A stretch of DNA of 63,789 bases, filler included. It is 7 parts of 7 records of this genome, joined end to end, with 100 filler letters (N's around TTAATTAATTAA, not from the genome) between each part and the next. Parts side by side here need not be neighbours in the genome. Positions count along the whole stretch, not along the records: positions 1 to 13,535 come from SRR31147125_40211; 6 more parts are not named here. One strand, 5' to 3'. The position numbers were made by a program, and so were the translations under genes. Below the pieces are notes generated by a model. It was not told where the DNA came from, searched no databases, and worked only from the letters and a program-made list of their open reading frames with translations. Below, piece after piece: positions 1-10,902 of this stretch (position 1 is the stretch's first letter; every line of letters starts with the position of its first letter).

Positions 1-2
1 TT

Positions 3-1842
3 TTGCAATCCGGAACCGACATCCTGGGTTCTCCCTATAATACCAGGCCAACAGCACCTGTAACCGTGGATGGGTTTGTTTACTGGAGTGGAACCGACGG
101 CATTGTAAAGTGCCTGGATGTTCAAAGTGGTAAATTATTATGGAAAGCTTACACTGGCGGTGTTGTACGTTTTCCACCTACCGTTTGGAAAAACAAAATA
201 CTCGTTGCGTCCGGTGATGGATATGTTTATAACTTTGATGCCAGAACCGGCTTTTTAAACTGGAAATTCCAGGCAGCACCGGAAAACCGAAAAATCCCTG
301 TGTATGGCTCACTCTCATCCACCTGGCCGGCCGCCAGCAATGTCCTGGTTGAGGATGGCGTAGCATATGTTGCTGCCGGTATCGTTAATTATGACGGGAC
401 TCACCTCTACGCTTTGGATGCTGACAACGGTGATATCATTTGGCAAAACAATGACTCTGGTCATCTATTGCCAGAAGCACGAACCGGTGTGAGTGTTCAG
501 GGTCACATGCTTGTGATCAAAGATAAACTCTACCTGGCTAGCGGCACTTCACTTTCTCCGGCAATTTATGACATAAAGACCGGCGATTGCCTTAATGATC
601 CGGAGCCTCTTAAAAGGTGTGAATCAAACAGCCCCCGTGGATGGGAATTATATCGGATGGGAGATAAAATTATCGTTGGTGGAAAACCTTTTTACAGCCA
701 CCCGGAACATGATGTTTACGATGCAACAGTCACGAACAAAATACTCCACTCTCCAGCGGGTGATAAAGATATATTCTGGATAAATCAACGTAAAATTATC
801 TGTTACCCACATGTCGACAAAAAACATTTAAATAAAAGTGTGGCAGATCAGAGTATTGCGGAATTTCATTTGTCAGTGTGGGGTAAATTGGATATCCCTT
901 TTAAATCGCTTTGGGAAAATAATTCTGAGGAAAGTATTGCTTTAGCCGTATGTAAAAATGCGGTTGTTGTCGCTGAAAAAACTCAAATCACGGTTCTCGA
1001 CATCAGGAATGGTAAAACAATGTGGACACAACCTTTGGATTATCCACCAGTTCCCTGGGGTCTGGCCCTGAGTCGGGATGGTCGGATTATTGTTACCCTG
1101 GAAGATGGATCGGTCCAGTGTTTCGGCAGCAAGCCCACAAATCCCACCCCGTATCTGAGTTCAAATAATACCTACTTTGTTGGATCAGCCCTGGTTACAT
1201 TGGCATGCAATACCAGAGAGGCACACATTCGTTATACACTGGACGGCAGTCAACCTGTAAAAAGTTCACCTCTTTATCAGAAACCTTTTACCCTGACAAA
1301 CTCGACAACTCTTAAAATGCGGGCATTTAAAAAATATGCCACCCAGCTATGTCATAACAGAACAATTTAAAAAAGTCGAATATCAGAGCGCGAGTGAAAC
1401 TGGCGATATAATACCGGGCTTGTCTTTTGATTATTATGAAGGTTATTGCGCCACTGTCGCAGACCTGGATCATTTAGAACCTGTCTCATCCGGGATTATG
1501 ATGGAATTAAAATTACAGCCGCGTAATCGGAAAAGTGAGTTTGGATATATTTTCAATGGTTACATTCTTGTGCCCAAAGAAGGCATTTACACCTTTTATA
1601 CAAAATCCAATGACGGAAGCAGACTCTATATAAATAATCAGCAAGTGGTTAATAATGACGGTGCGCACGGCGCAATAGAAAAATCCGGCCAAATCGCACT
1701 ATCTGCAGGTGAACATCCAATTATGGTCAAGTATTTTCAACAAGGTGGAGGAAAATTTTTCAACGTGAGTTGGGAGGGTCCGGATATGCCGAAACAGGAG
1801 ATTACGGCAGAGGTGCTGTTTCACAAAGCAAACTCATTATAA
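3..1842 (+). CDS. PQQ-like beta-propeller protein with chitobiase/Fn3-like (CHB_HEX_C-type) and PA14 domains; 5'-truncated, frameshift at A-run 1329-1334
   Basis: ORFs 3-1370 and 1336-1842 together align collinearly with the C-terminal half of the 2009-5845 protein (PQQ/BamB-like W-rich repeats, IRYTLDGS motif, PA14 motif SNDGS..NNDGAHG..YFQQGG). The paralog reads MRAFQKNFPD across the break, where this copy would read MRAFKKNMPP. Confidence 0.8.
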
Positions 1843-2008
1843 TGCCTCTTACATCGTCAAAATAAATAATCGTACTATTTTAACCGATCTACCAGATCCG
1901 TTAGTCATAAATTTACTCGAATCAACTGCATATTCATAATATTTTTTACGTTTTTACCCAAATCTAGTAAATGGGAAAGAAATTGACTCTTATTTAGAGG
2001 GCTTTATT

Positions 2009-5000
2009 ATGTTAAAAAATCAGAGATCATGTAAAAAAGAGCAGCAACAATTATTTTGCAAACTCACAATAGTAACATTAATGTTATTTGTTGCTGCTAC
2101 TGGATTTTATTGCAGTAAAGATAAGGAAACGAAATACCGTGATTATGATTCACTCTCCAGTAGTCAGCTATTACAGGATATCGGGGTCTCACGTGGTATC
2201 TGCGTTGTTTTGGGAGATTCCTTATGTGAATTATCTCGTGCCCTGTCATCCCAGTCCGAATTGATTATTTACACACAATTCAGTAACCAGGACAATGTGG
2301 ACGCTGCCCGTGAAATCATCGATGCAGCTGGCCTGTACGGAACTCGCATCTATGTAGAAAAAGGAGATCTTGCAAAAATACATCTGGCTGATAATATAGC
2401 CGATGCCGTTATTGCGATGGGTGACGCGACGCACATTCCCAAAGACGAAATCCTTAGAGTTTTGCGACCCGAAGGTGTTGCGCTTGTCGGCAGTAAAAAA
2501 TTTATCAAACCTTTCCCTGAAGGTATAGATGACTGGAGTCACCCTTACCATGGTCCGGATAACAATACACAATCGAATGATCAGCTCATTAAAGCACCCT
2601 ATTTAACCCAATTTATTTCAGATCCCAGATATGCTCCGGCAACTCAGGTTTCCGTAGCTTCTGCCGGACGCATATTCAAGGCATTTGGTAATGTAGCCTT
2701 TCATGAACGTGAAGAACCCTATCTCAACACTCTGGTTGCCTTTAATGGATATAATGGCACCATTTTATGGAAAAAAGACCTGGTACCCGGAATGATGGTC
2801 CATCGTAACACCATGATCGCGACACCCTCCACCCTATACCTTGCTGATGACATATCCTGTAAACTCATAGACAGCAGAACAGGGCGTATAAAAGATGAAA
2901 TCATTCCACCCGTCGACAAATCCGGAGGCACCTTTTGGAAATGGATGGCCATGGAAAATGGTATTCTCTACGCTTTAATCGGCGAACAGGAACAAAAAGA
3001 TGCTGTCATGCGCTGGCGACGCACAATTCATGGTTGGCCATGGAACGGTATATCTGAAGGATTTACCCAGGAAGATAATCCATGGGGGTTCGGGCATAAT
3101 ATACTGGCAATTGATCCGGAAAAGAAAAAAATATTATGGCATTACCAGGAAAAAGAAAAAATAGACAGCCGTGCCATCTGTATGAAAAACAATTGTATTT
3201 ATCTGTTCCGATTCGACTCATATCTGACCTGCCTGAACGCGAAAACAGGTAAAATAATCTGGCGCAAAACAAAAGAATCCAATCCTGATCTATTTCAAAT
3301 CCTGGGACATGACTTGAACAGGCAGGGTTATGTAACAAACTGGCGTACGACAGATTATGTCATGTGCAGTGATGATGCTCTTTATTTTGCCGGCCCCCAG
3401 GTGCAAAAGCTGATCGCTGTGTCGACAAAGGACGGAAGCGTTTTATGGCAGAATGATTTTAATAACTTTCAGCTGGTCTTACGAGAGGATGGGCTTTACG
3501 CCATTAGTGGTCCCTGGAACAATAATGTAAGTAAGATATTTAATCCTCTAACCGGTGAAATTCTGGCAGACCTGCCAGCAGGCCGTCGGGCATGTACACG
3601 ACCAAACGGTTCGGCTGATGCCATATTCTACCGTGCAAAGGGTGGCACTGTTCGCCTGGATATTCAGGAAAAAGAGCAACACTGGATTTCACCCATGCGC
3701 CCTCCCTGTCATGATGGTGTCACAATATCCAACGGAATGCTCTACTGGGGACCTTATGTATGTGACTGTCAACTCACAATGTATGGTATGATAGGTCTTG
3801 GCCCGGCTGGAGACTATGACTTTAACCAAAAGGCAACTAAAAGCGAACGACTTGATATATATGACAACCGGGTTGAAAAAACCAGCTTATTACATTCTAC
3901 ATCTGACTGGCCCACGTTTCGCCAATCAAACAATGGATTTGTTTCTACAGATGCTATCATTAGTAATAACAGTCAACGCCTGTGGCGGTATCCTGAAGGA
4001 ATCCTATTGCATCAAGGTACAGATATCCTCGGACATGCCTTTTACAACCAACCAACTGCTCCTATCACCGTTGATGGACTCGTTTTTTGGAGCGGTACCG
4101 ATGGTATCGTCAAATGCCTGGATGTGTTATCCGGAGAATTAATCTGGAAAGCTTTCACAGGTGGCGCCGTTCGATTCCCGCCAACAGTTTGGAAAGACCG
4201 GCTTCTGGTTGCGTCAGGCGATGGATACGTATACAACTATAACGCCCGAACTGGTACATTAAAATGGCGTTTCCGTGTGGCACCGCAGGAACGTAAAATT
4301 CCGGTTTATGGATCACTTTTATCCACATGGCCGGCTGCGAGTGGCGTACTGGTAAAAGACGGTGTCGCGTATGTTGCTGCCGGTATCGTCAACTATGACG
4401 GTACGCACATTTATGCTCTGGATGCAGATTCTGGCGACATTATCTGGCAAAACAATAATTCCGGTCATTTACTACCAAATGCCCGCACAGGCGTTAGTGT
4501 GCAGGGTCATATGCTGATAAAGAAAGATAAACTTTACCTGGCCAGTGGCACATCACTTTCTCCGGCTATTTATGACATAAAGTCCGGCACATGCCTCAAT
4601 GATCCTGAGCCCCTTAAAAACTGCGAATCGACAAGTCCACGTGGATGTGAACTGTACCTGGTTGGCGACAATGTCGTTGCCAGTGGAAAGCCATTTTACA
4701 GCCATCCCGAGCATGACGTTTATGACGCGTCGGTTTTAAACAAAATGCTGCATTCTCCAAACGGCAAAAGAGATATCTTGTGGGTCAATCAAAGCAAGAT
4801 TTATTGTTATCCGTCTCTGGACAAACAACTTTTGAATAAATGTTCCGGTGAGAGAGGATTTATGGGATATACTCCGTCAATCTGGAGCCGGTTCGATAAT
4901 GCTCAAAAAGCCATCTGGGAAGTTGATTGCGAGGAAAGTGTCGCGCTGGCTGTGTGTGAAAACGCTGTTATCATAGCGAAAAAAACACAACTCATCGTGT

Positions 5001-5845
5001 TGGATATATCGGATGGGAAACAAAAATGGAGTCAGACTCTGGATTATCCTCCGGTTCCATGGGGCCTGACTGTGAGTCGCAATGGACAAATCGTTGTCAC
5101 TCTTGTAGATGGATCGATCCAGTGTTTTGGTGAAAAATCCAGTACCCTGATGCCTTACATAAGCTCGGATAATAGTTATTTCTCTGAATCTGCAGTCGTA
5201 AAAATGGCGTGCGATCAAAAAAATGCCCTTATTCGATATACCATCGACGGCAGTGACCCAACGGAAGAATCTGACGTATATAAAAAACCATTTACAATCA
5301 CGAATCCTGCCACCGTTAAAATGCGCGCTTTTCAAAAAAATTTTCCTGACGGTTATGTTGTCAGCCAGGAATTCAAAAAAGTGGATTATAATAAGGCACG
5401 TGAACCGGAAAAAGCAAGAGCTGGCCTGGCATACAATTATTATGAAGGCTATTGTAATACAGTCTCGGATTTGGATCAAATGGAACCGGTAAAATCAGGC
5501 ATAATAATGGATTTCAAGTTACAACCCAGGGAAGGTGTCAATGTATTCGGATATCATTATAGTGGTTTTATCCTTATACCTCGTGATGGTGTATACACCT
5601 TTTACAGCAAATCCAACGACGGAAGTGTGTTATACATTAACGGTAAAGAACTCATCAACAATGATGGGGCACATGGAACGTATGAAAGATTCGACCAGAT
5701 TGAACTCAATGCAGGTGAATATCCCTTCATGTTTAAATATTTTCAACAGGGAGGTGGAAAATACCTGAAGGTAAGTTGGCGAGGACCAGATTTCCCAAAA
5801 CAGGAACTAACAGCAGATGTGCTTTTTCACAAAATAAGCAAATGA
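2009..5845 (+). CDS. Secreted or membrane-anchored multidomain protein: SAM-methyltransferase-like domain, two PQQ-like beta-propellers, chitobiase/Fn3-like domain, PA14
   Basis: 1278 aa. N-terminal hydrophobic segment; GICVVLG...EILRVLRPEG methyltransferase-like region; DDWSHPYHGPDNN and DWPTFR propeller starts; IRYTIDGSDP; C-terminal PA14 motif. Confidence 0.8.
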   Translation: MLKNQRSCKKEQQQLFCKLTIVTLMLFVAATGFYCSKDKETKYRDYDSLSSSQLLQDIGVSRGICVVLGDSLCELSRALSSQSELIIYTQFSNQDNVDAAREIIDAAGLYGTRIYVEKGDLAKIHLADNIADAVIAMGDATHIPKDEILRVLRPEGVALVGSKKFIKPFPEGIDDWSHPYHGPDNNTQSNDQLIKAPYLTQFISDPRYAPATQVSVASAGRIFKAFGNVAFHEREEPYLNTLVAFNGYNGTILWKKDLVPGMMVHRNTMIATPSTLYLADDISCKLIDSRTGRIKDEIIPPVDKSGGTFWKWMAMENGILYALIGEQEQKDAVMRWRRTIHGWPWNGISEGFTQEDNPWGFGHNILAIDPEKKKILWHYQEKEKIDSRAICMKNNCIYLFRFDSYLTCLNAKTGKIIWRKTKESNPDLFQILGHDLNRQGYVTNWRTTDYVMCSDDALYFAGPQVQKLIAVSTKDGSVLWQNDFNNFQLVLREDGLYAISGPWNNNVSKIFNPLTGEILADLPAGRRACTRPNGSADAIFYRAKGGTVRLDIQEKEQHWISPMRPPCHDGVTISNGMLYWGPYVCDCQLTMYGMIGLGPAGDYDFNQKATKSERLDIYDNRVEKTSLLHSTSDWPTFRQSNNGFVSTDAIISNNSQRLWRYPEGILLHQGTDILGHAFYNQPTAPITVDGLVFWSGTDGIVKCLDVLSGELIWKAFTGGAVRFPPTVWKDRLLVASGDGYVYNYNARTGTLKWRFRVAPQERKIPVYGSLLSTWPAASGVLVKDGVAYVAAGIVNYDGTHIYALDADSGDIIWQNNNSGHLLPNARTGVSVQGHMLIKKDKLYLASGTSLSPAIYDIKSGTCLNDPEPLKNCESTSPRGCELYLVGDNVVASGKPFYSHPEHDVYDASVLNKMLHSPNGKRDILWVNQSKIYCYPSLDKQLLNKCSGERGFMGYTPSIWSRFDNAQKAIWEVDCEESVALAVCENAVIIAKKTQLIVLDISDGKQKWSQTLDYPPVPWGLTVSRNGQIVVTLVDGSIQCFGEKSSTLMPYISSDNSYFSESAVVKMACDQKNALIRYTIDGSDPTEESDVYKKPFTITNPATVKMRAFQKNFPDGYVVSQEFKKVDYNKAREPEKARAGLAYNYYEGYCNTVSDLDQMEPVKSGIIMDFKLQPREGVNVFGYHYSGFILIPRDGVYTFYSKSNDGSVLYINGKELINNDGAHGTYERFDQIELNAGEYPFMFKYFQQGGGKYLKVSWRGPDFPKQELTADVLFHKISK

Positions 5846-5938
5846 CATTCTTTTAAAAATGTATTAAAATACTGCTTTTTATGTTATTAGAGTCCTGTGC
5901 TGGAATGGTATTAGAAAAACTAAAATGAATTACGAATT

Positions 5939-7120
5939 GTGAACAATAATATGAGATTTATTTATAAAATCCTGATTTTACTTTTATATGTGGCAACCGC
6001 GTATCCGTGTCAATATAATGTTCGAGAAACGGGATTTGCTGATTTCGGCGACAAACATTATAATCTCTACATGCTTGTAGATCAAAAGACAGATACGGAA
6101 ACTCTCGCTCAGTATAAACACGTTGCAAAAGAAATGTTAATGGAAAGCAACATTGACTTTGATGTCATTGCTGTTCATGAACAAAAAGAGCATCCTGTGT
6201 TGCATCTGTTAACAACTCGTAATATAACATCTTTCCCTGCATTAATTTTTCTTTCAGTGGACGGGCAATCTTTGGTTTTGCCATTTTCTTCTCCCCTGGT
6301 CACACAAATGGCTGGTTTTCGTTCGATATTAAAAAAAGTGCTTTCTTCACCCTTTAGAACGAAAATAAAACAAAAAGCAATCGACGATTTCGCTGTCATT
6401 CTACTAATAGAAGGAAAAAATTCACAGCAAAACCTTATTGCCCGTCAACAGGCCCGTGCTGCTATCGAACATGTCCGGTCCAAGATGGACATGTTACCAA
6501 AACCCATAAAAAATCCACCATCCCTTGTTATACTGGACTCAAAGTCAGCTCAAAATGAAAAAATATTATTATGGAGTTTGGGGCTTGACCGGACACAATT
6601 TGAAAAACCTTTAGCGGCTGTCTTGTACGGACGACTGCGCTGGTTTGGACCGCTATTCCGTAATGAACACATTATTAAAGAACGACTTGCAGAACTGATT
6701 CTGATAGTTGGGGCTGATTGTGAATGCGGCCTGGACAAACAATGGCTTCAGGGTACAATGTTGCCGACAAAATGGGATAACGCAGTCCAGAGTCGTGTTG
6801 TAAAAAATTTGGGTTTTGATCCGGAAAATCCCCTGGTCAAGATAGAAATGAATCGAATCATGAGGGCAGGCTCATCTTATCCAGGTGTTCCTATTACCGG
6901 AATAAAACCGGAACGTAAATCACAACAATCTTCCCATGAGCTGGAACAACTCGACGAGCAAGAATCATTATCATCAAATTCTGAAAATGCCCGCGACGTT
7001 GAAAACATTGATAATACATCCGCCTTTTCCCGGACCATTGTTATTACTGTTGTTTTTTTTAGTATCATCTTGCTCACCGGATTATTTATCTTATTTCGTT
7101 CCGATAAAACAAAAGGGTAA
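5939..7120 (+). CDS. Hypothetical exported protein with C-terminal membrane anchor
   Basis: 393-aa ORF with signal-peptide-like N-terminus, CQY and CECG motifs, acidic linker and a C-terminal hydrophobic helix followed by basic residues. Confidence 0.7.
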   Translation: MNNNMRFIYKILILLLYVATAYPCQYNVRETGFADFGDKHYNLYMLVDQKTDTETLAQYKHVAKEMLMESNIDFDVIAVHEQKEHPVLHLLTTRNITSFPALIFLSVDGQSLVLPFSSPLVTQMAGFRSILKKVLSSPFRTKIKQKAIDDFAVILLIEGKNSQQNLIARQQARAAIEHVRSKMDMLPKPIKNPPSLVILDSKSAQNEKILLWSLGLDRTQFEKPLAAVLYGRLRWFGPLFRNEHIIKERLAELILIVGADCECGLDKQWLQGTMLPTKWDNAVQSRVVKNLGFDPENPLVKIEMNRIMRAGSSYPGVPITGIKPERKSQQSSHELEQLDEQESLSSNSENARDVENIDNTSAFSRTIVITVVFFSIILLTGLFILFRSDKTKG

Positions 7121-7396
7121 GGCCTGTTTCGGTCAACTCTGTGAATTATAATTAAAAATAATTTGTTAAAAAAAATAAAGACCTAACGATTAAAATAATA
7201 AAAAATAATAAGAAAATTGCTACAGACATAAATTAACTACCTGATTATTACACAAGTTTTGCATACCCACTTTTCACATTTTATTGTTTTAGCCGGTTAT
7301 ATTATTTCGAGGGTTTTGCGATTCGGACATCATAGTAAGTGACCAGTGCTCTCAAAACGCCCTCACGTATTTCTCAGTGAAATGGAGGGAATTATA

Positions 7397-7852
7397 ATGA
7401 GATTCAAATGTGCAAAAGAATTTTTGGATTATGCTCGCTCTGCTCACCATTTAATTTCAGAGTTTTACCATCAATTAAGCGAAAAAACGAATAAAGAAAG
7501 ACTAAAGCTTTTACTTGACTATCTGAGTGAGCATGAAAAACACCTTGAAGAGGGACTATCAGAATATGAAGACGAAGCTTCTAATATGGTCCTGAAAACC
7601 TGGTTTCAGTTTACCGAATGTGAAGATATAAGAAAATATTTGGAAAAAGCTGTGTTAAGCCCTAATGCCACGGTGGACGATGTAATGCGTATTGCAATGG
7701 AGCTGGATGAGTGCTTTATTCGAAAATTTAAAGAAATAAGCACCAGTGCTGAAAGTGAACACGTCAGAGAAGTATTCAGTAATATATTAGAATTGGAAAA
7801 AAGCGAAAAACGCAGGATGGTTCTAAGTGCACTTAGATTGGAAGACCTCTAA
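7397..7852 (+). CDS. Ferritin-like four-helix protein
   Basis: ATG at 7397 follows a GGAGG RBS; helical protein with HExH and ExxE metal-type motifs (LLDYLSEHEKHL). Confidence 0.6.
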   Translation: MRFKCAKEFLDYARSAHHLISEFYHQLSEKTNKERLKLLLDYLSEHEKHLEEGLSEYEDEASNMVLKTWFQFTECEDIRKYLEKAVLSPNATVDDVMRIAMELDECFIRKFKEISTSAESEHVREVFSNILELEKSEKRRMVLSALRLEDL

Positions 7853-8031
7853 CGTAAACCATGATACATTTATTAGTTGATCTTTATGTCAAATATTATT
7901 CAGGATACACACCTGTGGAGAAATCCCTAATACCACCAATCATAGCAAATAATAGTAATTGATATGGCACTTCTTTATTCATTAGTTTAATCGTCTCAAA
8001 AGACTAAAATAATGAGAGAGGTTTTTAAATA

Positions 8032-9003
8032 ATGAAATACAGAAAATTCGGGCGTCTCGGTTGGCAGATAAGTGAAATTGGCTATGGTATGTGGGGCATG
8101 GGAGATTGGTCAGGTTCGGATGACAAGGAATCATTAGATTCCCTGCAAAAATCTATCGATCTGGGCTGCAATTTTTTTGATACAGCCTGGGCTTATGGAG
8201 CAGGTCACTCTGAAAAATTGCTGGGACAATTGGTAAAATCAAATCCTGGCAAAAAACTCTATACAGCCACAAAAATCCCTCCCAAAAATTTCAAATGGCC
8301 GAGCAGCCCTGAATTTACCCTGGATGATTGTTTCCCTCCGGATCATGTCGAGGAATATGTTCACAAAAGCCTTGAAAATGCCGAACTAGACAGCTTTGAT
8401 CTTGTCCAGTTCCATACCTGGGAGGATAAATGGATCGAAGATGATCGATGGATTCGTTCCATGCAAGACCTGCGCGACCAGGGACTCATCCACGCTACAG
8501 GTATCAGCATTAATCGTTGGGAACCATGGAACGGCGTCAAAGCAGTCAAAACTGGTCTCATAGATGCCGTACAGGTTATCTATAATATTTTTGATCAAAA
8601 TCCGGAAGATGAATTATTCCCGGCCTGCACAGAAATGGACGTGGCCGTTATTGCCCGCGTTCCATTTGATGAAGGCACCTTAACCGGGACGCTAAGCAAA
8701 AAGAGCACGTGGCCACAAGGAGATTGGAGAAACACTTATTTTGTACCCGAAAACCTGATCTCAAGCGTTGAACATGCAGATGCACTGAAACCACTTGTTC
8801 CTGATAACATGACCATGCCTGAAATGGCACTACGTTTTATTTTGAACAATCCCACCGTAACCACAATTATCCCAGGAATGAGAAAATTAAAACATGTTAA
8901 ACAAAACGTGGCTACAAGTGATGCCGGACCCCTTGCGGAGAATCTATACAACTCACTAAAAGCCCATCGTTGGGTTCGGACAAGGACGGAATGGTCTCAA
9001 TAA
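8032..9003 (+). CDS. Aldo/keto reductase
   Basis: MKYRKFGRLGWQISEIGYG, FFDTAWAYGAGHSE, ATK, QVIYNIFDQ and IIPG motifs; GAGG RBS. Confidence 0.92.
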   Translation: MKYRKFGRLGWQISEIGYGMWGMGDWSGSDDKESLDSLQKSIDLGCNFFDTAWAYGAGHSEKLLGQLVKSNPGKKLYTATKIPPKNFKWPSSPEFTLDDCFPPDHVEEYVHKSLENAELDSFDLVQFHTWEDKWIEDDRWIRSMQDLRDQGLIHATGISINRWEPWNGVKAVKTGLIDAVQVIYNIFDQNPEDELFPACTEMDVAVIARVPFDEGTLTGTLSKKSTWPQGDWRNTYFVPENLISSVEHADALKPLVPDNMTMPEMALRFILNNPTVTTIIPGMRKLKHVKQNVATSDAGPLAENLYNSLKAHRWVRTRTEWSQ

Positions 9004-9165
9004 AAAAAATGTTATTCCTGGTTCTCATTCAGATTATCAATTTTTCGTATATCATTCGATTTTTTGTAAATTCAATACGTTAAATCTGCCTGAATTTCAT
9101 ATTATAGTGCACACATCGATTTTAAGCACCATCCTTTAGCTCACTGGCAGAGTAATTTTAATGAC

Positions 9166-9194
9166 TTGATTTTGATAGAATAAAGTCTTATAAT
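9166..9194 (+). promoter_or_regulatory. Sigma-70 promoter
   Basis: TTGATT-N17-TATAAT about 45 nt upstream of the S41 peptidase ORF. Confidence 0.55.
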
Positions 9195-9238
9195 TAGTTA
9201 TATTAGCGTAAATTTCCATTATCTTTTTTGACGAATTT

Positions 9239-10819
9239 TTGATCATGCGAGCACATCAGCATTTAAAATATATCGTGTTATCGACCTTTTTCTTTGGTTT
9301 TCTTTGTAATTTTGTTGGATATCCTGAGACCCTCAACGCTTCTCAGCTTGATTATAACAAATGGAAAATTTTAACTCTCATCCTGGACAAGATTGAAAGA
9401 TTTTACGTCGATCCAGACGTTTCTGAGAATCTTTTTGAAAGCACAATTTCCGGTCTACTATCCAGCCTGGATCCACATTCTGCCTATCTTACAGCTGATG
9501 AATATGCCAAATGGAAAGAAAAATACGAGGGCTACTATGGCATAGGATTAAGATATAACTTTATGCATGGAAAACCGGTCGTCTGCTCTCTGGTCGAAAA
9601 TGGCCCTGCCAAAAAATGCGGAATCCATCTGGGTGATCGGATTCTTTCTATTCAAGGTACCAGCGTAATAAATCTAAAAACAGAAGAAATACGCCATCTG
9701 TTACTGGGTCCTTTGGACACATCCGTGCATATTTTCATTGAAAGAGACAACCCGGAAACAATACACGAATTTGATGTTCCTCGTGAACAAATTTTGCTTG
9801 AGAGTATCCCTTGTGCTTTTATGTATAACGATACAACTGGTTATATAAAAATAGCCTATTTCACTCAATCTACACCAACTGAACTGGATATGGCATTTGC
9901 TAGCTTGAAAGAACAGGGCATGCAGCAGCTGGTACTGGATTTGAGGGATAACAGTGGTGGCGAATTCAATGCAGGCATCGAAGTCGCAGATAGATTCCTT
10001 GCTGCAGGTAAAATCATTGTTTTTACTCAGGGACGTTCAAATAATGCCAATCAACAATACATTTCCAGTGATCAAAACACGCTACCTTTTATTCCTATTG
10101 TTGTTTTGGTCAATCAGGCAACAGCCAGTGATGCTGAAATTGTAGCTGGAGCCATACAGGATTGGGATCGGGGCATTATCGCCGGACAATCAACTTATGG
10201 TAAAGCCTTGATTCAAACAGAATATCCTTTTCCGGATGGCTCGGCACTTTTATTAACAACAGCCAGGTACTATACACCTCTGGGCCGGCTTATCCAGAGG
10301 GATTACCAGGGATCAGCCAGTAAAAACCATCAAAATCCTGCAGAGCCTCTCCCCCATAGCAGAAAATCAAAAAAACAGGAATTCATGACTCCAGGAGGCA
10401 GAATCATTTACGCTGGCGATGGCATTACCCCCGATTATCTCGTTGATTACAAAGAATTCGAAATATCCAATTTTATGAAACATTTGTATAAAAAAAACAA
10501 TAAATTCATCTTTCAGTATGCCGATAAATTTGTACGCATTCGGGCTGAATTAATAAATAGCCAAAATGAATACTTGTTTAATTTTCAAATACCTGACTCT
10601 GTTTCATATGATTTTTACAAATCACTGCCACAATCAGGAAATCATGTTGCTAAAAATAATTTCAAAAAATGCAAAAAAGATATCGAGTATGCTTTAAAAT
10701 TAGAAATCGCGGGCAGAATATGGGGAGATTCAGGGCGAATCATGGTTAATGTACTTGGGGATTCGCAAATTCAAAAAAGCATCAGCCAATTCAGCAAAGC
10801 TATGGAACTGGCTTTTTAA
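9239..10819 (+). CDS. S41 family C-terminal processing peptidase (PDZ plus protease domain)
   Basis: LDPHSAY, GIG PDZ loop, LDLRDNSGG, catalytic Ser (TASDAEI) and Lys (TYGKAL), [13 protein letters not shown]. Confidence 0.92.
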   Translation: MIMRAHQHLKYIVLSTFFFGFLCNFVGYPETLNASQLDYNKWKILTLILDKIERFYVDPDVSENLFESTISGLLSSLDPHSAYLTADEYAKWKEKYEGYYGIGLRYNFMHGKPVVCSLVENGPAKKCGIHLGDRILSIQGTSVINLKTEEIRHLLLGPLDTSVHIFIERDNPETIHEFDVPREQILLESIPCAFMYNDTTGYIKIAYFTQSTPTELDMAFASLKEQGMQQLVLDLRDNSGGEFNAGIEVADRFLAAGKIIVFTQGRSNNANQQYISSDQNTLPFIPIVVLVNQATASDAEIVAGAIQDWDRGIIAGQSTYGKALIQTEYPFPDGSALLLTTARYYTPLGRLIQRDYQGSASKNHQNPAEPLPHSRKSKKQEFMTPGGRIIYAGDGITPDYLVDYKEFEISNFMKHLYKKNNKFIFQYADKFVRIRAELINSQNEYLFNFQIPDSVSYDFYKSLPQSGNHVAKNNFKKCKKDIEYALKLEIAGRIWGDSGRIMVNVLGDSQIQKSISQFSKAMELAF

Positions 10820-10902
10820 GAGTTCTCAAAAAAATTTGCTTGATAAACATTTTACAATATTATATCTTACATAAAAAATTCTATACGAAATCGGAGCACC
10901 AA

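Noticed and set aside
10110-10145. Possible inactive S41 protease (TASDAE instead of ASASE)
   Set aside because: The catalytic Ser and the downstream Lys (TYGK) are retained.
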